Positions 1 to 8,497 of a stretch of 64,000 bases of DNA are shown here, one piece after another (the first letter of the stretch is position 1; every line of letters starts with the position of its first letter). The position numbers were made by a program, and so were the translations under genes. Where the stretch lies: assembly GCA_005223035.1 (NCBI GenBank), contig NJBK01000004.1, positions 40,577-104,576 on the forward strand. Reading direction: 5' to 3'. The notes under the pieces were generated by a model that was given only the letters and a program-made list of their open reading frames with translations, did no database searches and was not told the DNA's origin. The stretch is from Chloroflexi bacterium B3_Chlor. GTDB taxonomy: Bacteria > Chloroflexota > Anaerolineae > UBA7937 > B3-Chlor.

Positions 1-395
1 CCTTCGAGCTGGCCTAGGGTTCGCCAGATGCGTTGGACATGGGGTTAGGGGCCTGAATCTGAGCCCCTAACCCCCCATAGCCGACAGATCCAAAACGCGC
101 GGGGTCAAACATAGTGACCTCATTCAGTGCCGAGGCCAGCGTTCCGCCCGGTGATCGTACGTCCTCTGTCTAGCGCTTGATCACCGTCATTGAGCATGCT
201 CGTCACGACCAGATGGGCGCTGGTGTAGCCTGGAGCGTCGCTGGCAGACGAAATCTAGGTAGATGGCCCGGCCAAGGTGGGGATGAGACGTTGGTCAGTA
301 TGCAGTCGCTGCTGTTCAAGGCCGAGGTGGGTCAACGTTCAGCTGGCCGATGCGTACAATTGAGGGCACGAGCATGAGGAAAGGAGGTTGACAGA

Positions 396-818
396 ATGAG
401 CCCAAGGGCAAGAAAAGACAAGGACATAGAGAGTGGAGTAGAGGAGACCACGGTGGCCACCAAGATGGAAGCTGCGGCCGAGACGTCGGAAAAAGCCGCT
501 GGGGTGGACGCCGCGGGAGAGGGAGAGGAAGAGTCAAAGGCCAAGACGGACACCGTAGCGGCGGGTGAGAAGAAGGCTGGCAAGAAGCGTGCCAAGAAAG
601 TGAACCTCAAGTCTCTGGCCAGGAACCTGTATCAGATGGGACTGGACCTCGGTCTGCCACCCGATGAGGCTGCTCTTCTGACAAGCGAGACGAAGCTTCC
701 CGCCTTTGTCAATCAGGAGGCCGAAGAGGAGTTCAAGGAGGGGTTGATCGAAGGCTATCAAGAAATGCTCAATGAGCGTGTGCAAAACCTCAAGCACCAA
801 CTGGGTGTTGGCGGCTAG
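396..818 (+). CDS. small acidic/lysine-rich protein ending in Gly-Gly (candidate ligatable tag or substrate)
   Basis: ATG at 396 is preceded by AAGGAGG (383-387) with an 8-nt spacer. The ORF is 140 aa. The N-terminal ~70 aa are low-complexity E/A/K-rich; the C-terminal half looks helical and ends ...NLKHQLGVGG followed by TAG. Confidence 0.5.
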   Translation: MSPRARKDKDIESGVEETTVATKMEAAAETSEKAAGVDAAGEGEEESKAKTDTVAAGEKKAGKKRAKKVNLKSLARNLYQMGLDLGLPPDEAALLTSETKLPAFVNQEAEEEFKEGLIEGYQEMLNERVQNLKHQLGVGG

Positions 819-860
819 GACGGCAGTTTGGCGCTGTGAGCCGGTTGAGCGAACGGTGAG

Positions 861-2150
861 ATGAAAGAGCCCATCCTCTTTCGTCGCGATGACACCCTGA
901 CCCACGAGCAGGCCATGTACTGGAAAGACCTGCTGTACCGCACGGTCAAGATTGGCACCGAGGTGGAGTTCGCCCTGCCCAAGGGGGTTCAGAAGAAGGA
1001 CTTCATGCCTCTTCTGGTGGAGGCGCTGCTGCCCACGCAAGATCTCTCCAACCTTGGCCCCCTGGGCGTGTACGAAGTAGTTGATGAGCATTGTGGCCTG
1101 GAGATCCAGGTCATCGGCCGCCAGCCGTATTATACGGCCCTCATTGACCAGTACTACCGCCTCTTTGCCACCTTACCCAAGGGCATCCGTGCTCGGCCCA
1201 CCTGTGGACTGCACTACCACGTACTGACCATTGGCCTGTCGGAGCCGGTGCCGGACATCATCCTGGCCAACGTTTGGAATCTGACCCGCCGCTATGCTCC
1301 CTATCTAAGATTCCTGACCAGCGCCGGAGACAAGCCCGAAGCCCTGTGCCGTCGCCGCAACTACAACTCACACCTGGAGATGGTCAAACTGACTCCGTTT
1401 CCGATGACCATGGCCGAGATTCAGCAACGGCTGCGTGACAGCCGGGCGGTGCCGGAGCACAACAACTTCCTCAACCTGGAGAACATCGTTTTCAACGAGG
1501 ATGGTTCCATCAAGGTCTTTCACTACGAGAATCGCTTCCCCGATGCCGACCTGACGCCGACCTCGATTGTGGCCAAGATTTTCATGTTCCTGGCCATTCT
1601 GCTCAAGGCGGTGGAGATGAGCCAGTACGGGGTGATTCATGTGGGGCGCATCAACGAGTGGCGGCGTAAGGTGGAACTTCTCCATCTGTTGAGCAACAAC
1701 TCCGGCAATCTGGCTACCAGCGACACCAGCGGAGTGACGGAGGAGGTGATTGAGGAATTGCGGGCGGGGTGCCGGGAGATGTTGGACTTGACAAAACCGG
1801 TGTTCGCGCGCTTTGAGAGCAATCCCAGCTTTGAGGTGCTTTCTCTGTTGGCCGAGACGCCCATCTCGCTGCTGCGGGCCAGCGGGCGCGACTGGGATGA
1901 GATCGAGGATCTGTTGGCGGAGAGGGCGGCGATGGAGGCGGGAGCGCTGGATAAGACCGACCACTCGCTGATCAGGTGCATCGAGTTGGCGGAGTTGGGG
2001 GAGCAACCCACTCTGGAAGCGTGGAAGTGGGCCGTAGCGTGGGACTTACGGCTGACCCCCCAGGAGTTAGAGCGCCGACTGGAGCGCCTGGAGCGCCTGC
2101 GTCGAGTGCAGTGGGACGGGGATCTGGGGACGATCATCTTTTTGACTTGA
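861..2150 (+). CDS. carboxylate-amine ligase superfamily protein (glutamine synthetase / GCS2-like amidoligase)
   Basis: 429 aa. Carries the ordered motifs IGTEVEFAL (ExE strand), GLHYHV (HxH) and GSIKVFHYENR (ExR) that mark the GS/GCS2/Amidoligase_2 fold. Lies 42 nt downstream of the Gly-Gly protein gene. Confidence 0.6.
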   Translation: MKEPILFRRDDTLTHEQAMYWKDLLYRTVKIGTEVEFALPKGVQKKDFMPLLVEALLPTQDLSNLGPLGVYEVVDEHCGLEIQVIGRQPYYTALIDQYYRLFATLPKGIRARPTCGLHYHVLTIGLSEPVPDIILANVWNLTRRYAPYLRFLTSAGDKPEALCRRRNYNSHLEMVKLTPFPMTMAEIQQRLRDSRAVPEHNNFLNLENIVFNEDGSIKVFHYENRFPDADLTPTSIVAKIFMFLAILLKAVEMSQYGVIHVGRINEWRRKVELLHLLSNNSGNLATSDTSGVTEEVIEELRAGCREMLDLTKPVFARFESNPSFEVLSLLAETPISLLRASGRDWDEIEDLLAERAAMEAGALDKTDHSLIRCIELAELGEQPTLEAWKWAVAWDLRLTPQELERRLERLERLRRVQWDGDLGTIIFLT

Positions 2151-2176
2151 AGGACTAGAGAAGAGGACTGGAGAAG

Positions 2177-2995
2177 ATGTGTGGTCTGGCAGGAGTTCTG
2201 CTGTGTCCAGGCGAACGGACAGTCGAGCAGTGGCAGCGCCTAAGAGAAGCCTTTACCCAGAACCTGGTGTCCAACGAAGAAAGAGGGCGAGAGGCGGCGG
2301 GAGTGGCCCTTGTCCGGCGAGACGGCACTTATGAGTTGTTCAAAGAGCCGGTGCGGGCCTCGGAGTTGGTGAGGGCGCAGGGGTACCAGCGGATCATGTC
2401 GTTGTTGGACGGCGAGACAGTATCTCTGCTGGGCCATGCCCGGCTGCCGACAAAGGGCAGTCCCTGGAACAACACCAATAATCACCCGTTGATGGTGGGA
2501 CACATAGTTGGTGTCCATAATGGGATGATCTTCAACGACGACGAACTCTTTGGCACCTTCGGGTTCCCTCGGCTGGGGGAAGTGGATAGCGAGGTGCTGT
2601 TCTGGCTGCTGAACAGCGTCCATCCCTTGAACAACGATGGCAATTACCTGAGCCTGGTGGGCAGACGGATGGAGATGGTGCAGGGGACGTTTGCGCTGAT
2701 GGCGGTGGACCTGCGCCGACCGACCGCTCTGGTCGTGGTTAGAGGCATGATGCCGCTGTGTTTGCACTACGAGAAGTCGCTGAATGCGCTGTTCTTCTCC
2801 TCGCGCTATGTGTTTCTGCGCAAGCTCTTCGGTGACGCGGTGATGACCGAATTCGTGGAGCCGCAGCAGGTTTCCTACTTCGATGCCGGGCATCTGCTTG
2901 AGAGGCAGGACCATCCGTTTTGTTCGGTCAAGTTCGCCCTCGGTTCTTGGCGGCGAAGAATAGAGGAAGAGAGGACAGAGGGCTCAAGAGTGTAA
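2177..2995 (+). CDS. class II (Ntn, N-terminal Cys) glutamine amidotransferase-like amidohydrolase
   Basis: Starts MCGLAGVLL, so Cys becomes the N-terminal nucleophile once Met is removed. Stand-alone 272 aa GATase-2-type domain, 26 nt after the ligase gene. Confidence 0.7.
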   Translation: MCGLAGVLLCPGERTVEQWQRLREAFTQNLVSNEERGREAAGVALVRRDGTYELFKEPVRASELVRAQGYQRIMSLLDGETVSLLGHARLPTKGSPWNNTNNHPLMVGHIVGVHNGMIFNDDELFGTFGFPRLGEVDSEVLFWLLNSVHPLNNDGNYLSLVGRRMEMVQGTFALMAVDLRRPTALVVVRGMMPLCLHYEKSLNALFFSSRYVFLRKLFGDAVMTEFVEPQQVSYFDAGHLLERQDHPFCSVKFALGSWRRRIEEERTEGSRV

Positions 2996-3073
2996 GGATC
3001 GGCGGCCCCAGTCTCCCTGCTGCGGTCCAGCGGGAGTTCGGCGTCGCGAGGGGCAAAATGGAGGAAGAGGAGT

Positions 3074-3373
3074 ATGGCAGCCATGAGTGGTCGTCGTCAG
3101 CTCCGCTCTGTTGAGGTCCAGAACCCGTGGCACAGCGGGTCGGAGTCGGTGGAGACGCTCGAACGACGAGACGGTCACTTTCCGCACTTGTTTCTCTGGC
3201 GGGGACGGGAGTATGAGGTGCAGGCGGTGGAGCGATGCTGGACCATCTGCCGCCGTGAGCAGGGAAACCGCGTGGAAGGCTATTGCTTCCGTCTCCGTTG
3301 CCAAGAGGGTACCTTTTACCTGTTCGAGGACGCGCGGGCTGGAACCTGGCACATGCGGCGACGGGTGCGGTGA
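3074..3373 (+). CDS. hypothetical protein (99 aa)
   Basis: ORF with a purine-rich SD (GGAGGAAGAGGAG) just upstream of ATG 3074. No recognisable domain. Confidence 0.3.
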   Translation: MAAMSGRRQLRSVEVQNPWHSGSESVETLERRDGHFPHLFLWRGREYEVQAVERCWTICRREQGNRVEGYCFRLRCQEGTFYLFEDARAGTWHMRRRVR

Positions 3374-3627
3374 GGACCCAATTCGTTCGGCCTTAGAAGA
3401 TATCGTAATTCGAAGCCCGGCATCCAGTCGATGGGGAAGAGCCGCCGCCTGTGCTCTCTCAAACTCGCTATCGATTTCTGGGAGCGAAGGACAAAGTGCC
3501 ACGTGGTCGCTGAGGACGAAGGTGCAAGGATTGAGCGGGGATCAATTGCTGGAGCCAGTGACATGCGTCTTGTGGCTGTAGACACCGTTTGGCAAATCTG
3601 GTCACTGACTTGATGGGGATAGGAACC

Positions 3628-3999
3628 ATGAAGGAAGAACGGAGAAGAACCGCCCGTGTCCTCGTTGAGCATCTGGTATCTTATGTTGTCTTGGACGAGC
3701 GGGGAGGAACGGACGAGATGGGCATGGCGCGCACCCTGGACCTGAGTGAGGGAGGCATCGTGTTGGAGATGACGCATTCCCTTGATAGGGGCTCCCACCT
3801 TGAGATGAAGATGGTCAGTGGTGATCATATCCTGGAAGCCAGAGGGCTGGTTGTGTACAGCAAGTACCTACCTGACTACTTACCTGACAACCGTTGGCGC
3901 GTGGGCGTGTCCTTCACCGAGATCACTGAGGGCGATCTGGCCACAATCGCTCAGGAGGTTGAAGAGCGTCGTATGCAGGAGACCAGGGGAGATGCCTGA
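3628..3999 (+). CDS. PilZ domain c-di-GMP-binding protein
   Basis: N-terminal RxxxR motif (MKEERRRTARV) and the D-x-S-x-G-G motif (DLSEGG) diagnostic of PilZ. Alternative ATG at 3613; the ORF track starts at TTG 3589. The stop overlaps the next gene's ATG (ATGCCTGA). Confidence 0.7.
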   Translation: MKEERRRTARVLVEHLVSYVVLDERGGTDEMGMARTLDLSEGGIVLEMTHSLDRGSHLEMKMVSGDHILEARGLVVYSKYLPDYLPDNRWRVGVSFTEITEGDLATIAQEVEERRMQETRGDA

Positions 4000-4507
4000 G
4001 CAGAGAGTGAGTTTCAATGAGGAGCAACTTGAGAGGATGGAGGCCTGTCTTGAGAATCTGCTGACCAAGAGCAAAGGGGTGGCGGTTCTATTCGCCAGCG
4101 CCGAAGGTCAGCCATTTGGACAGGTGGGCAGCCTCAGTGATAAGGACAGGATGGCGCTATCCACCTTGGCTGCGGGTAGCTTCGCGGCCACTGTGGCCAT
4201 GGCCAAGTTGTTGGGACAGGCTGGAGCATTCCAGCAACTCTTCTTTGAGGGCCAGGAGCACAGTGTCTACTCCTCGGCTGTGGGTGAAGGGTCCCTTCTT
4301 ACCATCGCCTTCGGCAGCAGCGCAAAGCCTGGCTTGGTGAGACTCCTGGCCCGGGAAGCCACAAACGAGCTACTGGAGATCGTACGCGAGGCCCGGGAGC
4401 AAGGGATGGAACAGTCTGTTGAGGACCTAATACACGCTGAGTTCGGCGAGTCTTTGGCCGACGAACTGGATGCCCTATTCCCGGAGGGAGGGGAAGGTAT
4501 CGAGTAA
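3992..4507 (+). CDS. Roadblock/LC7 (MglB-like) domain protein
   Basis: MPEQRVSF start overlaps the PilZ stop. Roadblock-type alpha/beta core (GVAVLFASAEGQPFG...AAGSFAATVAMAK). Confidence 0.65.
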   Translation: MPEQRVSFNEEQLERMEACLENLLTKSKGVAVLFASAEGQPFGQVGSLSDKDRMALSTLAAGSFAATVAMAKLLGQAGAFQQLFFEGQEHSVYSSAVGEGSLLTIAFGSSAKPGLVRLLAREATNELLEIVREAREQGMEQSVEDLIHAEFGESLADELDALFPEGGEGIE

Positions 4508-4530
4508 GGCGCTGCCGGCAAGGAGTTGCG

Positions 4531-4905
4531 ATGGCTGACGGTATCGACCGGCTGTTAGAGGAAACTCTGCGGGGGTTGCGACGGGTTTCGCCGTATGTGG
4601 TAGGTTCGGCGGTGGTTACGGGCGATGGATTTGTGGTCGCCTCTGAGCTACCCGATGAGAACTACGAGAAGAAGGTGACGGTGATGGCCATGGCCATGCT
4701 GACCATGGGGCAGGAGGCTACTGGTGAATTGGGTTCCAGCGATGTGGAGCGGGTCTTGGTGGAGAGCAAGGATAGCTACATCGTGATGGTCAACGCTGGC
4801 CCTGGCGCAATTCTGGCCGCTGTTGCGGAAAAGGAGATCATCTTGGGTCTGCTCTTTGTGGCCATCAAGGAGACAGTGGCCAAAGTCAACACACTGCTGT
4901 ACTGA
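4531..4905 (+). CDS. Roadblock/LC7 domain protein
   Basis: 124 aa. VVTGDGFVVAS...AMAMLTMGQEA pattern typical of Roadblock/LC7. Confidence 0.7.
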   Translation: MADGIDRLLEETLRGLRRVSPYVVGSAVVTGDGFVVASELPDENYEKKVTVMAMAMLTMGQEATGELGSSDVERVLVESKDSYIVMVNAGPGAILAAVAEKEIILGLLFVAIKETVAKVNTLLY

Positions 4906-4918
4906 GGTAAGAGGCCAT

Positions 4919-5329
4919 ATGATGGACGAGAGACCTGAAGGAGCTACGCGTACAGGCGAACCCACTCTAAACCGGATCTTGCGAGAGATGAACGATGAGG
5001 GGCATTTCAAAGCATCGGTCTTGGTCAGCACCGAGGGGTTGCCCCTCTCGTCCGCGTCTTCGCCCTTTGATACTGAAACAATGGCGGCTATGGTAGCCCT
5101 GGTCAAGAACACGATCCAGCAGGCCAGGGAGCATATCGGGTTGGATGAGATAGACGAGGTCTCCATCGTTCAAGGTGACAAGATGCGCCTGATATGCCGG
5201 TACCTCGTCGTCGGGGACGAAGAATTGATACTGTCTGTTATCGCCCCACCTCATCAGACCTACCGGCGCCTGACTAACCGGGCTCTTAGGGAGATCAAGC
5301 GCGTCTGGAGAAGGATCTACGTAGCTTAA
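4919..5329 (+). CDS. Roadblock/LC7 domain protein
   Basis: Starts at internal ATG (MMDERPE). ASVLVSTEGLPLSS...TMAAMVALVKN is Roadblock-like and paralogous to 8110-8493. Confidence 0.65.
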   Translation: MMDERPEGATRTGEPTLNRILREMNDEGHFKASVLVSTEGLPLSSASSPFDTETMAAMVALVKNTIQQAREHIGLDEIDEVSIVQGDKMRLICRYLVVGDEELILSVIAPPHQTYRRLTNRALREIKRVWRRIYVA

Positions 5330-5349
5330 CTCTGGGCCAGACTTACGAG

Positions 5350-5622
5350 TTGTTGGCGGGCGCTCGGATTGAGATCGCCAGCTTGGTCACCGGCGGAGAC
5401 CCCATTTTGACAGAACATCTGTTGATAGACCCGCCAGCCGCGGCCTGTGCGGGGCAGGGTTTGAATATCGAGAGGCCTCACTCATTCGCGGTTGTGCTGC
5501 TAAGATTGAAGGAGAAGGTGACGGGCACGCTGACTCCGATGAGCCGTGTATGCCACCAGTTCACCCCTCAAGACGTGGGACTACTGAGTTCCATCGGCAG
5601 CCAGATCCGGTTAGCCACGTAG
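5350..5622 (+). pseudogene. GAF-domain C-terminal remnant (no ATG start)
   Basis: The translation SFAVVLLRLKEKVTGTLT...FTPQDVGLLSSIGSQIRLA matches the C-terminal half of a GAF domain. The frame opens only with TTG, and the N-terminal half of the domain is absent. Confidence 0.3.
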
Positions 5623-5685
5623 AACGCACGACTCCGTGATGAGACGAGACGACGGCCGCAGGAACTCTCAGCGATAGGAGAGATC

Positions 5686-7644
5686 GTGGACGAGCATTCA
5701 TCCACGTTGGATTTCCAGAAGGTGATAGAGCTGGTGCTCGACAAGGCGATGCAGGCCACAGATGCCTCGGCAGGGGCCATTGCCGTAGCTAACGAGGAGA
5801 GAACCGGGCTTCTCTTGCTCGCGCACCGGGGTTACCCTGGCCAGGCGGATGCCAAGAGACCCTGGCGGTGGCGCATCGGGACGGGAATAGTGGGAAGGGT
5901 AGTCAAAACGGGTGAACTCTCCCTGGTAAACGATGTCAGCCAAGACCCTGACTACGATGACTTTGTCCCGGAGACCCAGTCTCAACTCACTGTGCCCATC
6001 ATTAGAGAAAATGAGGTGGATGGGGCCATAGTCCTGGAGAGCCCCCGGCTGGCAGGTTTCAGTAGAGGGCAGACAGGCTTCGTTCAGCATCTGGCGGAGC
6101 ATGCGGCCGTGGTCATGGGCAACGCACGGTTGAGTCAGCGACTGATGGAGTCGGAGGAGAGATACCGCATCTACGTGGAGAACGTCCCCTGTGTCATCTG
6201 GGAGGCGGATACCGAGAGTCGCTTCACCTACTGCAGCCCTCAGATCGAGAAGTTGATAGGCTACACTGCTGAAGAACTAGTCGGACACACTCCATACGAG
6301 TTCTTGATACACGCCGATGACGCTGACAAGTTCAAAAAGAGAGTTCGCCAGATGTCAAGAGAAGGAAGAGACGAATACACCTTGCGCCACCGGGCATTGC
6401 ATAGAGATGGTTCCATCCTGCATATCGAGGTAGGCATCAAGCCGGTGTGGGATGACGCTGGCCGGGTGGTCAAGTATCGAGGCGCGGCGCGAGATGTGTC
6501 GCAGCTGGTTGAACTCCAGGCGCAACTCATCCAGTTGGCCAAGCTGTCGGGTATCGGCCAGATGATCTGTGGCGTGGCCCACGAACTGAACAACACTCTG
6601 ACTACGGTCATGGGATACTCGCAACTCCTCCAAGTCACCGATGTGGATGAGGACGTCAAGGAGGACTTGCAGAGGATCTATGACGATGCCTTGCGAGCGC
6701 AACGCATCGTGCAGAACCTCCTCACCTACGCCCGTCAGAAGAAGCCAGAGCACGGGCCGGTAGACATCAATGAAGTCATCGAACACACCCTGGCTCTCAG
6801 GAGGTATCAACTGAAGGTGGACGACGTGGAGGTCGTCACGGAACTGGCCGAGAACTTGCCCTGGACCATGGCCGACAGCTATCGACTGCAGCAGGTCTTT
6901 CTGAACATCACCAACAACGCCCACCAGGCAATCCTCCAGATGGGTAAGGGCGCCTTGACCGTAAGGAGCGAACTCCTGGGTGACGATACTATCCGCGTAA
7001 CCTTTGCCGATACCGGGCCGGGTATACCGCCAGAGGTACTGGACAAGATCTTCGATCCCTTCTTCACCACCAAAGATGTGGGCGCGGGCACCGGGTTGGG
7101 ATTGTCGGTCTCTCACGACATCATTCAGGAGCACGGCGGACGCATCTGGGCTGAGAGCGAGCCAGGCCAGGGAGCGACTTTCATTGTCGAGTTGCCCGTG
7201 AAAAGCTGGCTGCGGGACATAAGTGTACCTTCTCTTGATGAGGAGTATGAGGGGCTACCCTCCAAGAGGCAGAGGATATTGGTGGTGGATGATGAGCAGA
7301 ACATCGTGGACCTGATAGTGGAGGTGTTGAAGGACAGTGGGTATCTGGCTGATGGCGTCACCAGTGCCGAGCTAGCCCTGAGGCTGCTGCACCAGCACAG
7401 GTATGACCTGATCATCTCCGATGTCAAGATGCCCGGCATGGACGGCCCTACCTGCGAGAAAGAAGTGAGGGCGATGGATCCAGAGTTGGCTGAACGGATC
7501 ATCTTCGTCACCGGTGACCTCCTGAGCCCCACTACACAGGCGTTCCTGGAGGAACGGGGGGGACCGTGTCTCGAGAAGCCCTTCGAACTGGAGGAGTTGG
7601 CGAGCCTGCTGAGGAGGGCGCTGAGCGACGATGAGGAGCGCTAG
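5686..7644 (+). CDS. hybrid sensor histidine kinase (GAF-PAS-HisKA-HATPase_c-REC)
   Basis: H-box HELNNTLTTVMGYSQLL, G2 box GTGLGLSVSHDIIQEHGGRIWAESEPGQGATF, C-terminal receiver domain (RILVVDDEQNIV...DLIISDVKMPGMDG). Confidence 0.85.
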   Translation: MDEHSSTLDFQKVIELVLDKAMQATDASAGAIAVANEERTGLLLLAHRGYPGQADAKRPWRWRIGTGIVGRVVKTGELSLVNDVSQDPDYDDFVPETQSQLTVPIIRENEVDGAIVLESPRLAGFSRGQTGFVQHLAEHAAVVMGNARLSQRLMESEERYRIYVENVPCVIWEADTESRFTYCSPQIEKLIGYTAEELVGHTPYEFLIHADDADKFKKRVRQMSREGRDEYTLRHRALHRDGSILHIEVGIKPVWDDAGRVVKYRGAARDVSQLVELQAQLIQLAKLSGIGQMICGVAHELNNTLTTVMGYSQLLQVTDVDEDVKEDLQRIYDDALRAQRIVQNLLTYARQKKPEHGPVDINEVIEHTLALRRYQLKVDDVEVVTELAENLPWTMADSYRLQQVFLNITNNAHQAILQMGKGALTVRSELLGDDTIRVTFADTGPGIPPEVLDKIFDPFFTTKDVGAGTGLGLSVSHDIIQEHGGRIWAESEPGQGATFIVELPVKSWLRDISVPSLDEEYEGLPSKRQRILVVDDEQNIVDLIVEVLKDSGYLADGVTSAELALRLLHQHRYDLIISDVKMPGMDGPTCEKEVRAMDPELAERIIFVTGDLLSPTTQAFLEERGGPCLEKPFELEELASLLRRALSDDEER

Positions 7645-8109
7645 CTGCTCCTCCTTCGGGAATCGAGGGCCAGTTGCCCGAACAGCCTCGGCGACGCGGT
7701 GGCAAGAGGTAGTGTGATCTGGTCGGAGTGTCCCCGTAACTGCAAGGCATCCTTTCATTGGACAAACAGCACGGGAAAGGAGACATAGCATCGCCGAGAG
7801 AGATGTGGCGGACAACGCGTGTTGTGTCTCTATCAGAGTGTACTGATTGTAGCTCTCGGGCGATCCAAGGCTCATCGGACCGCTTTGTGATGCTTGAACC
7901 GCCGTTGAGATTGAAGCGCCCCATACTGCAGAACGCAGACGATGATCCAAGTGCGGCTCGGCGGTACCTCGTGGCGGAACTAGAGGACAGGCAGATAGGC
8001 CGGCAACGAAAGACGAGGACGGAGCCACCTTTCTCATAGCTCCGCGACGAAGGTGATGAGGTGCGCTGGCAAAGTTTGTGCCCGGGTGCCGGCTACTCAA
8101 GTTTGCAGG

Positions 8110-8493
8110 CTATGATCCTTCGACCATAGCGTGCCAGGCCAGCTTGAGATCCTTGATAGCTCGGTTGGTCAGTTGTCTATAGTAGCGTCGGTGGCTGGGC
8201 ACCACAACGGCCAGGATGAAATCCTCACCGTTCATGGTGAAGCAGCGGCAGACCAGCCGTATGTGATCGCTGGCCCTGACAGAGACCTCGTCAACCTGGG
8301 CCAATCCGACATGCTCCCGTGTCTCTCGTGCCACACGTCTCAGCAGGGCGACCATTGCAGATGTGGTATCAACGTCATAGTCGGAGGGCACTGTGGCGAT
8401 GGGTAGGCCATCACTGCTTGCGAGCACCGAAGCCTCGAAGTCACCTTCTTCGTTTATCCGCTCCAAAGCCTTTTCGAGAGGTCTGTCTGCCAT
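8110..8493 (-). CDS. Roadblock/LC7 domain protein
   Basis: 127 aa Roadblock-like (ASVLASSDGLPIAT...TSAMVALLRRV). Sits 5 nt after mglA on the minus strand. Confidence 0.7.
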   Translation of the reverse strand: MADRPLEKALERINEEGDFEASVLASSDGLPIATVPSDYDVDTTSAMVALLRRVARETREHVGLAQVDEVSVRASDHIRLVCRCFTMNGEDFILAVVVPSHRRYYRQLTNRAIKDLKLAWHAMVEGS

Positions 8494-8497
8494 TGGG

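Noticed and set aside
177-377. 66-aa ORF at the 5' edge
   Set aside because: No SD. It overlaps the probable promoter region of the 396-818 gene, and its composition is not protein-like.
861-2150. Whether the ligase is a PafA/Dop Pup-ligase orthologue
   Set aside because: It has the generic GS/GCS2 ExE-HxH-ExR motifs, but lacks the PafA/Dop-specific N-terminal GIETEFG...GSHPEY and GCHENY blocks I recall. It was therefore called only at the superfamily level.
3868-3892. Direct repeat TACCTGAC-TACT-TACCTGAC inside the PilZ gene
   Set aside because: It is an in-frame duplication encoding YLPDYLPD within the protein. It reads as a trivial coding microduplication, not a regulatory repeat.
6355-7134. 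Long antisense ORFs: 259 aa here; also 51782-52834 (350 aa), 24585-25559 (324 aa), 40943-41521, 2240-2914 and 1368-2006
   Set aside because: Each lies fully opposite a well-supported gene with recognisable motifs. Their translations are Arg/Pro/Ser/Gly-rich, as expected for reverse frames of high-GC coding DNA, and they lack SD sequences.
7758-8039. 93-aa ORF inside the long convergent spacer
   Set aside because: The frame opens with TTG. The first ATG has no SD within 20 nt, and there is no recognisable domain. Treated as non-coding pending transcript data.
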